A stretch of DNA of 64,000 bases from Octopus vulgaris (GCA_951406725.2 OX597843.1:16616001-16680000); one strand, 5' to 3'. Positions 45,227 to 56,641 are shown, counted from the stretch's first letter. Notes: generated by a model from the letters alone, not told the origin. Numbers and translations are program-made.

Positions 45227-45531
45227 ATGTTGTTGAGCAGTTACTGTTTCTACCTCGTTCAGAGATTTATTATTGGTTGAAGACTACATTCTACATAAAG
45301 TCTTCAAAATATAAGTAGTTAGGTCACCACTCTTTTCATCCTGACCCCAACTATTTTCCTCTGCTACTCTCGAAATTTTACTAGGCTTGACATGGGATGC
45401 ATTATTTTACTAAACTCATTCTGCCATAGATATGACAAAAAAAAAACAATGTAAATATTTTGAGTTCCATTATTGATGTGAATGTGTTAAGGAAATGGTT
45501 GTATCCTATATGTTTGAAGTCTATGTAATAT

Positions 45532-45922
45532 CTTTACTACCCACAAGAGGCTAAACACAGAGGGGACTAACAAGGACAAGCAAACGGATTAAGTCGGTTA
45601 TATCTACCCCAGTGCGTAACTGGTACTTATTTAATCGACCCCGAAAGGATGAAAGGCAAAGTCGACCTCGGCGGAATTTGAACCCAGAACGTAACAGCAG
45701 ACGAAATACCTATTTCTATACTACCCACAAGGGGCTAAACACAGAGGGGACTAACAAGGATAAGCAAACGGATTAAGTCGGTTATATCGACCTCAGTGCG
45801 TAACTGGTACTTATTTAATCGACCCTGAAAGGATGAAAGGCAAAGTCGACCTCGGCGGAATTTGAACTCAGAAGACAGCGGCGGATGAAATACCACGAAG
45901 CATTTCGCCCGACGTGCTAACG
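45532..45922 (-). mobile_element. SINE family A tandem dimer
   Basis: Two consecutive copies of the 3589-3813 body, flanked by the direct repeat TATGTTTGAAGTCT. Confidence 0.8.
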
Positions 45923-46039
45923 TATGTTTGAAGTCTGTGTGGTCATCTGAAGAGAATGGTTTCTTTCCTGCTGTGCTTGAGAAGACCCAGCAAGCCAAAT
46001 GAGACCATAACCTTGTAGCCTAAACCAGGCCACTTATGC

Positions 46040-46505
46040 GTACCTTCCCTTCATTGGACACTAAACTTTGCTTGCGAGGACCTGTTGAGGCAAGTGAAAT
46101 CGGAACCGAATTCAAAATTGGCGTTAGGAAGGGCATCCAGCTGTAGAAACACTGCCAGATCAAGATTGGAGCCTGGTGCAGCCATCTGGTTCACCAGTCC
46201 TCAGTCGTGGCCGAAGCCAGCGCTGCCTCGAATGGTTTCTGTGCCGGTGACACATAAAAAGCACCATCTGAACGTGGCCAATGCCAGTGCCGCCTTGACT
46301 GGCTTCCGTGCAGGTGGCATGTAAAAAGCACCCACTACACTCATGGAGCGGTTGGCGTTAGGAAGGGCATCCAGCTGTAGAAACTCTGCCAGATCAAGAT
46401 CGGAGCCTGGTACAGCCATCTGGTTCGCCAGTCCTCAGTCAAATCGTCCAACCCATGCTAGCATGGAAAGCGGACGTTAAATGACGATGACGATGATGAT
46501 GATGA
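46040..46505 (+). mobile_element. Non-LTR retroelement 3' end with VNTR (family V) and (GAT)n tail
   Basis: TTGGCGTTAGGAAGGGCATCCAGCTGTAGAAAC...CCCATGCTAGCATGGAAAGCGGACGTTAAA(TGA)n, shared with 41807, 47099, 49083 and 55761. Confidence 0.7.
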
Positions 46506-46627
46506 GGATGTTTGAAACGATCATAATTAATTGAAACCTGTACGTTTTTGTTGCTCATTTATATTTTATTCACCTAGCTTGTAATCTGCATTTCGGAAAT
46601 ACTATAGAAAATACCTTTATAAGAGTA

Positions 46628-47005
46628 CTAGCAGTATCGCCCGGCGTTGCTCGGGTTTGTAAGGGAAATAACTATATAAGCATTTTTAGAGAGTTATAGC
46701 AAAAATAGCAAAAAAATGCATTAAAATTGGAAAAAAAATATGGTAAATTTTTTTTTAAATCGTTGACTCATCGTAGACATTTTTAGAGAGTTATTTCCCT
46801 TATATAATAGCGAAAAAATGCATTAAAATGGAAAAAAATGATGGTAAATTTTTTTTTAAATCGTAGATTCATCGAAGATGTGCGCTAATACCCAGAAGGG
46901 GTATAAGATACCCGCTTTTGGTTAAACTGCACCCCAAAATGTGGGAGTAGTTAGAAATCTAAATCATAGGAGACAGACACACAACTTCACTTTTATATAT
47001 AAAGA
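46628..47005 (-). mobile_element. Non-autonomous Helitron H1
   Basis: TC...hairpin+CTAG between A and T; near-identical to 3821-4203. Confidence 0.88.
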
Positions 47006-47098
47006 TATGTGTGAATTACTAAGAGTGGAGATCTTTATTTAGCTGGGTTGCGTTGTCTGCACACATGGCAAGAATATCAGGTACAGATACCTCTGCAC

Positions 47099-47845
47099 AT
47101 CATCATCATCATCATTTAACGTCCGCTTTCCGTGCTAGCATGGGTTGGACGATTTGACTGAGGGCTGGCGAACCAGATGGCTGCACCAGGCTTCAATCTT
47201 GATCTGGCAGCGTTTCTACAGCTGGATGCCCTTCCTAACGCCAACCACTCCGTGAGTGTAGTGGGTGGTTTTTACGTGTCACCGGCACAGGTGCCAGGTG
47301 AGCTGGCAACGGCCACAATTGGATTGGTGCCTTTTACATGCCACCGGCACGGAAGCCAGTCAAGGCAGCGCTGACTTCAGCCACGACTGAGGACTGGTGA
47401 ACCAGATGGCTGCACCAGGCTCCGATCTGATCTGGCAGAGTTTCTACAGCTGGATGCCCTTCCTAACACCAACCACTCCGAGAGTGTAGTGGGTGCTTTT
47501 ACATGCCACCAGCATGGGGCCAGTCTGGCGGTACTGGCAATGGCCATGCTCAAAATGGTGTCTTTTACGTGCCACCTGCACAGGAGACAGTCCAGCGACA
47601 CTGGCAATGACCTCGCTTGAATGCTTTGTTCACGTGCCAGTAAGGCGACACTGGTAACGATCACACTCGAATGGTGCCTTTTACGTGCCACCAGCACGGA
47701 AGCCAGACAGCTGCTCTGGCAGTGATCCCGCTTGGATGGGGCTGTTAGCGCTCCACTGGCACAGGTGCCAGTCATCAAATTTGACTTAATTTCGATTTCA
47801 CTTGCCCGAACAGGTCTTCGCGAACAGAGTTTAGTGTCCAAAGAA
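47099..47845 (-). mobile_element. Family V retroelement 3' end with diverged ~60-bp subrepeats
   Basis: (CAT)n tail at left, conserved terminal block, repeated TTTTACGTGCCACC units. Confidence 0.7.
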
Positions 47846-47934
47846 AGAATATTCAATTGATATTGTTTGGGTGTGCAGATTATACTGAACTAACAGAATC
47901 TTAATAATACACACACACATACACACACACACTT

Positions 47935-48320
47935 GGAGGCGCAATGACCCAGTGGTTAGGGCAGCGGACTCGCGGTCGTAGGATCACGGTTTCGATTTCC
48001 AGATCGGGCGTTGTGAGTGTTTGTTGAGCGAAAACACCTAAAGCTCCACGAGGCTCCGGCAGGGGATGGTGGTGATCCCTGCTGTACTCTTTCACCACAA
48101 CTTTCTCTCACTCTTACTTCCTGTTTCTGTTGTACCTGTATTTCAAAGGGCCGGCCTTGTCACTCTCTGTGTCACGCTGAATATCCCCGAGAACTACGTT
48201 AAGGGTACACGTGTCTGTGGAGTGCTCAGCCACTTACACGTTAAGTTCACGAGCAGGCTGTTCCGTTGATTCGGATCAACCGGAACCCTCGTCGTCGTAA
48301 CCGACGGAGTGCTTCCATCC
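47935..48320 (+). mobile_element. tRNA-derived SINE family C (tail X)
   Basis: A box TGACCCAGTGG and B-box-like GGTTTCGATTTCC; matches 59511-60151. Confidence 0.85.
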
Positions 48321-48670
48321 ACACACACACACACACACATATAAGTAAAGAAACAGACTGGATTACAAGTAACCACCAACACCACTACTACACACACACA
48401 CACACACACACATTCCAAGGAAGACAAACAGTAGGAAATAAAAACAAAAAGAAGAAATATAAGCTAACAAAGCCATGAATAGCTGCTTTATGAATGGCTT
48501 TTTGCATTCCAACATTTTCTTAATACAATAATGAGAAAGAAGTCATAGAAGCCAGACAAGTCATACAGGAAGTAAGACAAATATATTGTTTAATGAGTAC
48601 CACCAGATTAACTGAATCCAGATATTGCGACTTAAATTTGTATATTTATATCTATATAAATAGAGGAATG

Positions 48671-48841
48671 GGCGCAGGAGTGGCTGTGTGGTAAGTAGCT
48701 TGTTTACCAACCACATGGTTCCGGGTTCAGTCCCACTGTGTGGCACCTTGGGCAAGTGTCTTCTGCTATAGCCTCGGGCCGACCAAAGCCTTGTGAGTGG
48801 ATTTGGTAGACGGAAACTGAAAGAAGCCCGTCGTATATATG

Positions 48842-48878
<37 letters not shown>

Positions 48879-49075
48879 TTGTCCCCCTAGCATTGCTTGA
48901 CAACCGATGCTGGTGTGTTTATGTCCCCGTCACTTAGTGGTTCGGCAAAAGTGACCGATAGAATAAGTACTGGGCTTACAAAGAATAAGTCCCGGGGTCG
49001 AGTTGCTCGATTAAAGGCAGTGCTCCAGCATGGCCGCAGTCAAATGACTGAAACAAGTAAAAGAGTAAAGAGAGT
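48671..49075 (+). mobile_element. SINE family B (full length)
   Basis: Head GGCGCAGGAGTGGCTGTGTGGTAAG (A box), GGGTTCAGTCCC (B-box-like), central microsatellite, conserved 3' half. Confidence 0.88.
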
Positions 49076-49082
49076 ATATTTG

Positions 49083-49392
49083 CATCATCATCATGATCGT
49101 TTAACGTCCATTTTCCATGCTGGCATGGATTGGATGGTTTGACTGGGGTCTGGCAAGCCAGGAGACCACACCAGGCTCCAGTCTGATCTGGCAGTGTTTC
49201 TACAGCTGGATGCCCTTCCTAACGCCAACCACTCCGAAAGAGTACTGGGTGCATTTTATGTGACACCGGCACAAGAGCTAGTTGGGGTGAGGGAGCTGGC
49301 ATTGACCACATTCGGATGGGGCTTTTTATGTTCCACTGGCACAGGAGCCAGTGAGGCAGTGGTGGCATCAGCCACGTTTGGATAGTGCTTTA
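49083..49392 (-). mobile_element. Family V retroelement 3' end
   Basis: Same terminal block and (CAT)n tail as 47099. Confidence 0.7.
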
Positions 49393-49465
49393 TATCTCTC
49401 TCTCTCTCTCTACACATATATATATATATATTGGCTAAACTGGCAAAATGACCATTCCGAAATAT

Positions 49466-49508
<43 letters not shown>

Positions 49509-49589
49509 TATATATTTATATATATATATATATAAATTTATATATGTTATAAATACATACATACATACATACAGATATACATATATATA

Positions 49590-49888
49590 TCACCGTGACC
49601 GACCAGGCTATCAGATGTTGTTACACATCGCTGGTCACAATGCGCTTCGCATTGTTTTAGCCTTCAAATGACGCCACCCCGCTGGCTAAGCGAGCAGGCC
49701 AACAGAAGAAAGAGTGAGAGAAAGTTGTGGCGAAAGAGTACGGCAGGGATTGCCACCACCCCCTGCCAGAGCCCCGTGGAGCTTCAGGTGTTTCGCTCAA
49801 TAAACACTCACAACGCCCGGTCTGGGAATCGAAACTGCGATCCTACAACCGCGAGTCCGCTACCCTAACCACTGGGCCATTGTGCCTC

Positions 49889-49889
<1 letters not shown>
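49590..49889 (-). mobile_element. SINE family C head with alternative tail Y
   Basis: Head and body as at 47935, but the 3' ~120 bp differs; matches 54258-54564. Confidence 0.8.
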
Positions 49890-49920
<31 letters not shown>

Positions 49921-49923
<3 letters not shown>

Positions 49924-50194
49924 TGATAGAAATGGTAAGACAACAAAAGAATGAAAGAGACCTCGATATTATGTAAATAGAGGAAATTTATCTGTAAATG
50001 TAATATGTGACAATTATTCAGTAGCCAAGATAAAACTCTGAGTTTCAGATGCCGAGGTGGAAATCCACACCACCATCTCTTCAGTTAACCGAAAGCCGGA
50101 TAACTGAAGAGATGGTGGTGTGGATTTCCGCCTCGACATCCGAAACTCGGAGTTTTAATCATGGCTACTGAATAATTGTCACATATTACATTTA
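49921..50194. mobile_element. Penelope-like pLTR fragment with an inverted 5' copy (family P1)
   Basis: 93-bp arms (49995-50087/50101-50194), abuts (TA)n, contains a hammerhead-like core; the same family recurs at 61485-61619. Confidence 0.6.
50098..50160 (+). ncRNA. Putative type I hammerhead ribozyme (imperfect)
   Basis: GAUAA-CUGAAGA-GAUG...CAUC-(C)-GAA-ACU-cgg-AGU-U-UUA(A)UC; one extra base before GAAA and a GUU triplet. Confidence 0.5.
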
Positions 50195-50435
50195 GAAATA
50201 TGTGTATGTGTGTGTGTGTTTGTCTCTCAACCACTGCTTGGCAACTGATGTTGGTGTGTTTACGTCCCTGTAACCAAGCGGTTCGACAAAGCAGACCGAT
50301 AGAGTAAGTACTAGGCTTACAAGGAATAAGTCCTGGGGTAGATTTCTACAACTAAAATCCCTTTAAGGCAGTGCTCTAGCATGGCCACAGTCATATGTCT
50401 GAAACAAGTAACAGGATATATGTGCATACAAATAT

Positions 50436-50481
<46 letters not shown>

Positions 50482-50725
50482 TAGGACGGGCTTCTATCAG
50501 TTTCTGTCTATGTGATTCACTCACAAGACTTCAAGACTTTTGCCTTTTGGTGCCATGCAGTAGGACTGAACCTGGAACACTGTGGTTGGGAAGCAAGATT
50601 CTTACCCCACAGCCACGCCTGCACCTCCACACAATCACAGGACGGGGACGAGCAACATCGTAAGTACAAGAACAGTCATGATTTATACATACACATGAAT
50701 ATATTTAAAGATAGTTATGGCTGGG

Positions 50726-51146
50726 GGATCTTTTCGGTTTGAACGGCAGTTTTTTCTAGCGGTGTCATATGAACTCGTCACCCATAATTATGACCCTAGT
50801 ATCGATCTATTGCATTTCAATCTGTTTTAGGGTTAGGGTTAGGGGTGGGGGAAGGGTATCTTTTTTTCTTCACAAATGTAAATAAACCCAATCTGTTTCT
50901 TAAACGATGGACATATTCATATGGCACAGAATGTTTTTTTCACCTCAATAGACGTCATTGATTGGTTGAAATTGCAGAAATTGAAGGAAAAAAAACAACA
51001 AATATCTTATAAACTATAGAATTTTCTCAATAAAGCCAAGAGAAAAAAGATGTTTTATAAACACATTCTACCAGTATACGAAGTTTAAAATTTTTTAGTT
51101 ACGTGGAAATTATTTTAAAAAACTGCCGTTCAAACCGAAAAGATCC
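50726..51146. mobile_element. MITE, probably Mutator-like, with TTAGGG motifs
   Basis: ~29-bp TIRs GGATCTTTTCGGTTTGAACGGCAGTTTTT / AAAAACTGCCGTTCAAACCGAAAAGATCC; flanks ATGGCTGGG / ATGGCTGGT (8-9-bp TSD). Confidence 0.8.
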
Positions 51147-51488
51147 ATGGCTGGTTCATAGAGTTACCTAGGGCTTCGCGTCAATAAAGCGCTCAGCTTT
51201 GCATACATCTTATTAGACCCTAAAGGACGGTGACCCGTAATCTTTCTTCAAAACGGAGAGAGAAAATCCTCGTGGGCAGTTTTTGAACACACAATGTAAG
51301 GTCAAGAGCAAGGGATTGTCTCCCTTAGACCAGGCGGTTCCAACATGTGGATCTGGTGCGAAGCGCTTTTCGGACACTTTTTTATCTAAATACCCTGCTG
51401 CTCTATAACTTAGAGTGAGCTTCTTTCCGATTTATCATTTTTCTTTTAATTATTTAAGCCATGCAGCTGAGGTCATGCTGGAGCACAA

Positions 51489-51558
<70 letters not shown>

Positions 51559-51579
51559 TACATATATATATATATATGC

Positions 51580-51615
<36 letters not shown>

Positions 51616-51619
51616 TTCA

Positions 51620-51837
51620 TTTAAAGCAGCAGAGTAACAAAATCTGTTACTCTGAGTTTCACGTTCCCGTTCGTCGGACTGTCCGATGAACGGGAACGTG
51701 AAACTCAGAGTAACAGGTTTTGTTGAATTTTCTGCTGCTTTAAATAAAGCATATTACTCTACCACTGGTATTTGAGTACTCTTTTTTCCACCTTGTTTCA
51801 CATTTATGTGTTTACTCCGGTATATATATATATACCT

Positions 51838-51908
<71 letters not shown>

Positions 51909-51973
51909 GGAGTATACACATAAATGTGAAACAAGGTGGAAAAAAGAGTACTCAAATACCAGTGGTAGAGTAA
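51620..51973. mobile_element. Penelope-like pLTR fragment with inverted copies at both ends (family P2)
   Basis: Fold-back 51620-51679/51682-51744, second inverted pair 51753-51830/51900-51973, embedded in (TA)n, with a hammerhead core. Confidence 0.6.
51679..51716 (+). ncRNA. Putative minimal type I hammerhead ribozyme with CCGAUGA core
   Basis: CUGU-CCGAUGA-ACG-ggaa-CGU-GAA-ACU-cag-AGU-A-ACAG: all three stems pair, GUA triplet; U4 replaced by C. Confidence 0.62.
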
Positions 51974-52099
51974 CCCCTAACCCTAGACCTAACCCTAAAA
52001 TACATTGAAATGCAATAGATCGATACTAGGGTCATAATTATGGGTGACAATTTCATATGACACCACTAGAAAAAACTGCCGGTCAAACCGAAAACATCC
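51974..52099 (-). mobile_element. Partial second copy of the TTAGGG MITE (one end)
   Basis: Reverse complement of 50726-50845. Confidence 0.75.
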
Positions 52100-52137
52100 G
52101 AGGGATTAATAGAGGAAAATAAGAGAGAGACAGGGAA

Positions 52138-52170
<33 letters not shown>

Positions 52171-52434
52171 GTGGTGAAAGAGTAAGAGACAGAAAGAGAG
52201 GGAACGCGTTTACTTTGTATCGCTCCTCAGTCGACGCATGCGCGTTAGTGAATTAACTGTCGTCTGCTCAGTCAAAATTTTTTTCAAAATGTCCAACGAT
52301 AAACGATGTGAAAGTAACAAGAGAAAAATAAAGTGTTTTTATGGTTTTTCAAATAGCTCTATTGTATTAAGATTTCTTTGAAATTTAACGAGGCTGAATA
52401 ATATAGACGGTGTTTCTAATTTTGCTCCATATTC

Positions 52435-52825
52435 TTTTACATTTTTACTTATTTCAGTCATTTGACTGCGGCCACGCTGGAGCACCGCCTTTAGTCGAGC
52501 AAATCGACCCCGGGACTTATTCTTTGTAAGCCCAGTACTTATTCTATCGGTTCTCCTTTGCCGAACCGCTATGTTACGGGGATGTAAACACACCAGCATC
52601 GGTTGTTAGACACACAAACATATACACACACAGATATATATATATGCATATACATATATACGACGGGCTTCTTTCAGTTTCCATCTACCAAATCCACTCA
52701 CAAGGCTTTGATCGGCCTGAGGCTATTGTTAGAAGACACTACTTGCCCAAGGTGCCATGCAGTGGGACTGAACCTGAACCATGTGGTTGGTAAGCAAGCT
52801 ACTTACCACACAACCACTCCTGTGC

Positions 52826-52826
<1 letters not shown>
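52435..52826 (-). mobile_element. SINE family B
   Basis: Reverse-complement homology to 48671-49075; a further chimeric fragment follows at 52878-53015. Confidence 0.8.
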
Positions 52827-52882
<56 letters not shown>

Positions 52883-53161
52883 GCGTCTTTCAGTTTCCGT
52901 CTACCAAATCCACTCACAAGGCATTGGTCGGCCCGAGGCTATGGCAGAAGACACTATAAAGGCGGTGCTCCAGCATGGCCGCAGTCAAATGACTGAAACA
53001 ACTAAAAGAATAAAAACCAAACAAAAAATTTAGCAAGATGACAATGCAGAGAAAAAGTGAAACTTAGATTTGTGCAGTTAAGGGGAAGTAACTCTCAACA
53101 CACTAATGGTACCTCATTCCTATTTAAATACTTAAGCTATTATTTTCGCTTTAGATCAAAA

Positions 53162-53556
53162 CTAGCAGTGTCGCCCGGCGTTGCTCGGGTTTGTTTCGAC
53201 CCTTTAGAATTGGAATTTTTTAAAAGTAAAAATTTGGCATTATGTAGCTTGTTATTCTCTTTAAGTGAGCATTTTCCTGGTTGAAATACACCGAGAAATG
53301 GCGACACAGCACTCAAAAAATCGTAAAAAATAGGGATTTTCATAGAAAAAAAAAAGCTCCTTTCTGATGTAAATAATTTTTGGTGTTAAAATGGTCCGAT
53401 TTGAATTTTATCTTCTACGGAAGGAAGAACAAGCCTTCTTCTATCATACTCTCAATTTTGGTCAACTTGCGCCGCAGGGTCCCGGAGGAGATAGTGTTAG
53501 TTGAAGGCTACCAAACCTGCCATACACAGACAACTTCAGCTTTATATATATTGAGA
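53162..53556 (-). mobile_element. Non-autonomous Helitron, H1-type 3' end with a different body
   Basis: Same hairpin+CTAG; 5' TC at 53556; internal sequence unrelated to H1. Confidence 0.78.
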
Positions 53557-53559
53557 TAA

Positions 53560-53949
53560 TCTTTATATATAAAAAGTCATGTTGTGTGTCTGTCTCCTAT
53601 GATTTAGATTCCTAACTACTCCCACATTTTGCGGTGCAGTTTAACCAAAACCGGGTATCTTATAGTCGTGATTCATATCGAGCCCGTCTGGGTATTAGCG
53701 CGCGTCTACTATGAGTCTATGATTTAAAAAAAAATTTACCATCAATTTTTCCCCATTTTTAATGCATTTATTCGCTATTATATAAGGGAAGTAACTCTCT
53801 AAAAATTTATTATTAAATCTCAGAACGTAAAAAGCTACAGTAACTTTGTGGTTAGCCATATTGAGATGGCTATTATACTTTACATCTCTAAAAATACTTA
53901 TATAGTTATTCCCCTTACAAACCCGAGCAACGCCGGGCGATACTGCTTG
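53560..53949 (+). mobile_element. Non-autonomous Helitron H1 with a captured fragment
   Basis: 5' TCTTTATATATAAAAAG, 3' hairpin plus CTTG (mutated CTAG). Confidence 0.85.
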
Positions 53950-54214
53950 TTCACATAAAGAATTTTGCAACGTGTGTGTATGTATGTGTGTGTGTGGTGG
54001 GGAATGTTTCTGTGTCTGAATTTCTCACCCACCACTGTTTCACAACCGGTATAGGCGTGTTACGTTTCCATAACAAAGCGGTTCGGTAATAGTCTCTGAT
54101 AGAATGACTACCAGGCTCCAGAATAACAATTAAGGAGGTCGATTTATTCGACTAAAAAATTCTTAAAAGCGGTACTCCAGCATGGGTGAGGTCTAAGACT
54201 GAAAGACATAAAGC

Positions 54215-54751
<537 letters not shown>

Positions 54752-55271
54752 TACACACACACATATACATATATACGACAGGCTTCTTTCAGTTTCCGTC
54801 TACCAAATCCACTCACAAGGCATTGGTCGGCCCGGGGCTATAGCAGAAGACACTTGCCCAAGATGCCACACAGTGGGACTGAACCCGAAACCATGTGGTT
54901 GGTTAGCAAGCTACTTACCACACAGCCACTCATTCAGAATTAATTAAAATCTTCAGATCTGTTTTGTTACTAAATTTCTTGCAATTCCAGACCGGTGAAA
55001 TACCCAAAGATGTGTCTGTCCCCTAAAATTGCAAGTTCTCTAGTTGTAATATTTCAGTTTTCTTTGAGTTTTGCCTTCGAATCATCTTCATCCAATTTTG
55101 AAGGTCTTCCACTGTGGCAGTCAAAGACACTTCCTGCTACCCAACTCTCTCGGAGACCCTGGTAAACCAATGGCTCGTAGGCAGGGCCATTCTCACTCTT
55201 TCACTAAACTTATTAAAAAACTAGCTTAAAAGCCTCATTCCGTGCAGACTTTGGCAATAGCTCTTACAGAG

Positions 55272-55520
55272 GGCAAAGTCGACCTCGGCGGAATTTGAAC
55301 TCAGAACATAAAGACAGATGAAATACCTATTTCTTTACTACCCACAAGGGGCTAAACACAGAGAGGACAAAGACAGACAAATGGATTAAGTCCATTACAT
55401 CGACCCCAACTGGTAACTGGTACTTAATTTATCGACCCCGAAAGGATGAAAGGCAAAGTCGACCTCGGCGGAATTTGAACTCAGAACGTAAAAACAGAAA
55501 TACCTATTTCTTTACTATCA
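55272..55520 (-). mobile_element. SINE family A tandem fragments
   Basis: Partial head-to-tail copies with the same junction as at 45705. Confidence 0.75.
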
Positions 55521-55533
55521 GAAATACCTATTT

Positions 55534-55583
<50 letters not shown>

Positions 55584-55760
55584 TACATAAAGGAGTGTAT
55601 TTATTGTATCATATTACCCCTTTATGTACACTGTTTTGTCATATGTTATTATGTTTGACCTTAAAGTTTCTTATGTGGTGGTTTAATAAAGTATGTGATT
55701 GGGTATTATCTGGTAATTGATATTTGATTTGGATGTATTTCTCCATTTTCTTATTTTCTA

Positions 55761-56422
55761 TCTGGCACCTGTGCCGGTGACACATAAGAAAACACCATCC
55801 GAGTGTGGCCGTCTGCCAGCCTCGTCTGGCACCTGTGTCGGTGGCACATAAAAATCACCATCCGAGCGTGGCCGTCTGCCAGCCTCGTCTGGCACCTGTG
55901 TCGGTGACACATAAGAAAACACCATCCGAGTGTGGCCGTCTGCCAGCCTCGTCTGGCACCTGTGTCGGTGGCACATAAAAAGCACCATCCGAGCGTGGCC
56001 GTCTGCCAGCCTCGTCTGGCACCTGTGTCGGTGGCACATAAAAAACACCATCCGAGCGTGGCCGTCTGCCAGCCTCGTCTGGCACCTGTGTCGGTGGCAC
56101 ATAAAAAACACCATCCGAGCGTGGCCGTCTGCCAGCCTCGTCTGGCACCTGTGTCGGTGGCACATAAAAAGCACCATCCGAGCGTGGCCGTCTGCCAGCC
56201 TCGTCTGGCACCTGTGTCGGTGGCACATAAAAAGCACCATCGGAGCGTGGCCGTCTGCCAGCCTCGTCTGGCACCTGTGTCGGTGGCACATAAAAAGCAC
56301 CATCCGAGCGTGGCCGTCTGCCAGCCTCGTCTGGCACCTGTGTCGGTGGCACATAAAAAGCACCATCTGAGCGTGGCCGTCTGCCAGCCTCGTCTGGCAC
56401 CTGTGTTGGTGGCACATAAAAT
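55761..56422. repeat. 63-bp VNTR (~10.5 units) within a family V element (terminal block 56423-56580)
   Basis: Unit TCTGGCACCTGTGTCGGTGGCACATAAAAAGCACCATCCGAGCGTGGCCGTCTGCCAGCCTCG; 21-aa periodicity in the ORF track. Confidence 0.93.
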
Positions 56423-56580
56423 CACCCACTACACTCTCGGAGTGGTTGGCGTTAGGAAGGGCATCCAGCTGTAGAAACACTGCCAGATCTGACTGGCCTG
56501 GTGCAGCCTTCGGGCTTGAACCGTCCAACCCATGCTAGCAATGGAAAGCGGACGTTAAACGATGATGATAATGATGATGT

Positions 56581-56641
<61 letters not shown>

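Noticed and set aside
47935-48010. tRNA gene (also heads at 3589, 59511, 60800-60870)
   Set aside because: A/B boxes are present but there is no closed acceptor stem, and each continues into a conserved SINE body.
50827-50845. Telomere or interstitial telomeric array
   Set aside because: Only about three TTAGGG units, internal to a MITE.
55751-56528. 21-aa repeat proteins
   Set aside because: A stop-free 63-bp VNTR open in five frames inside a retroelement tail.
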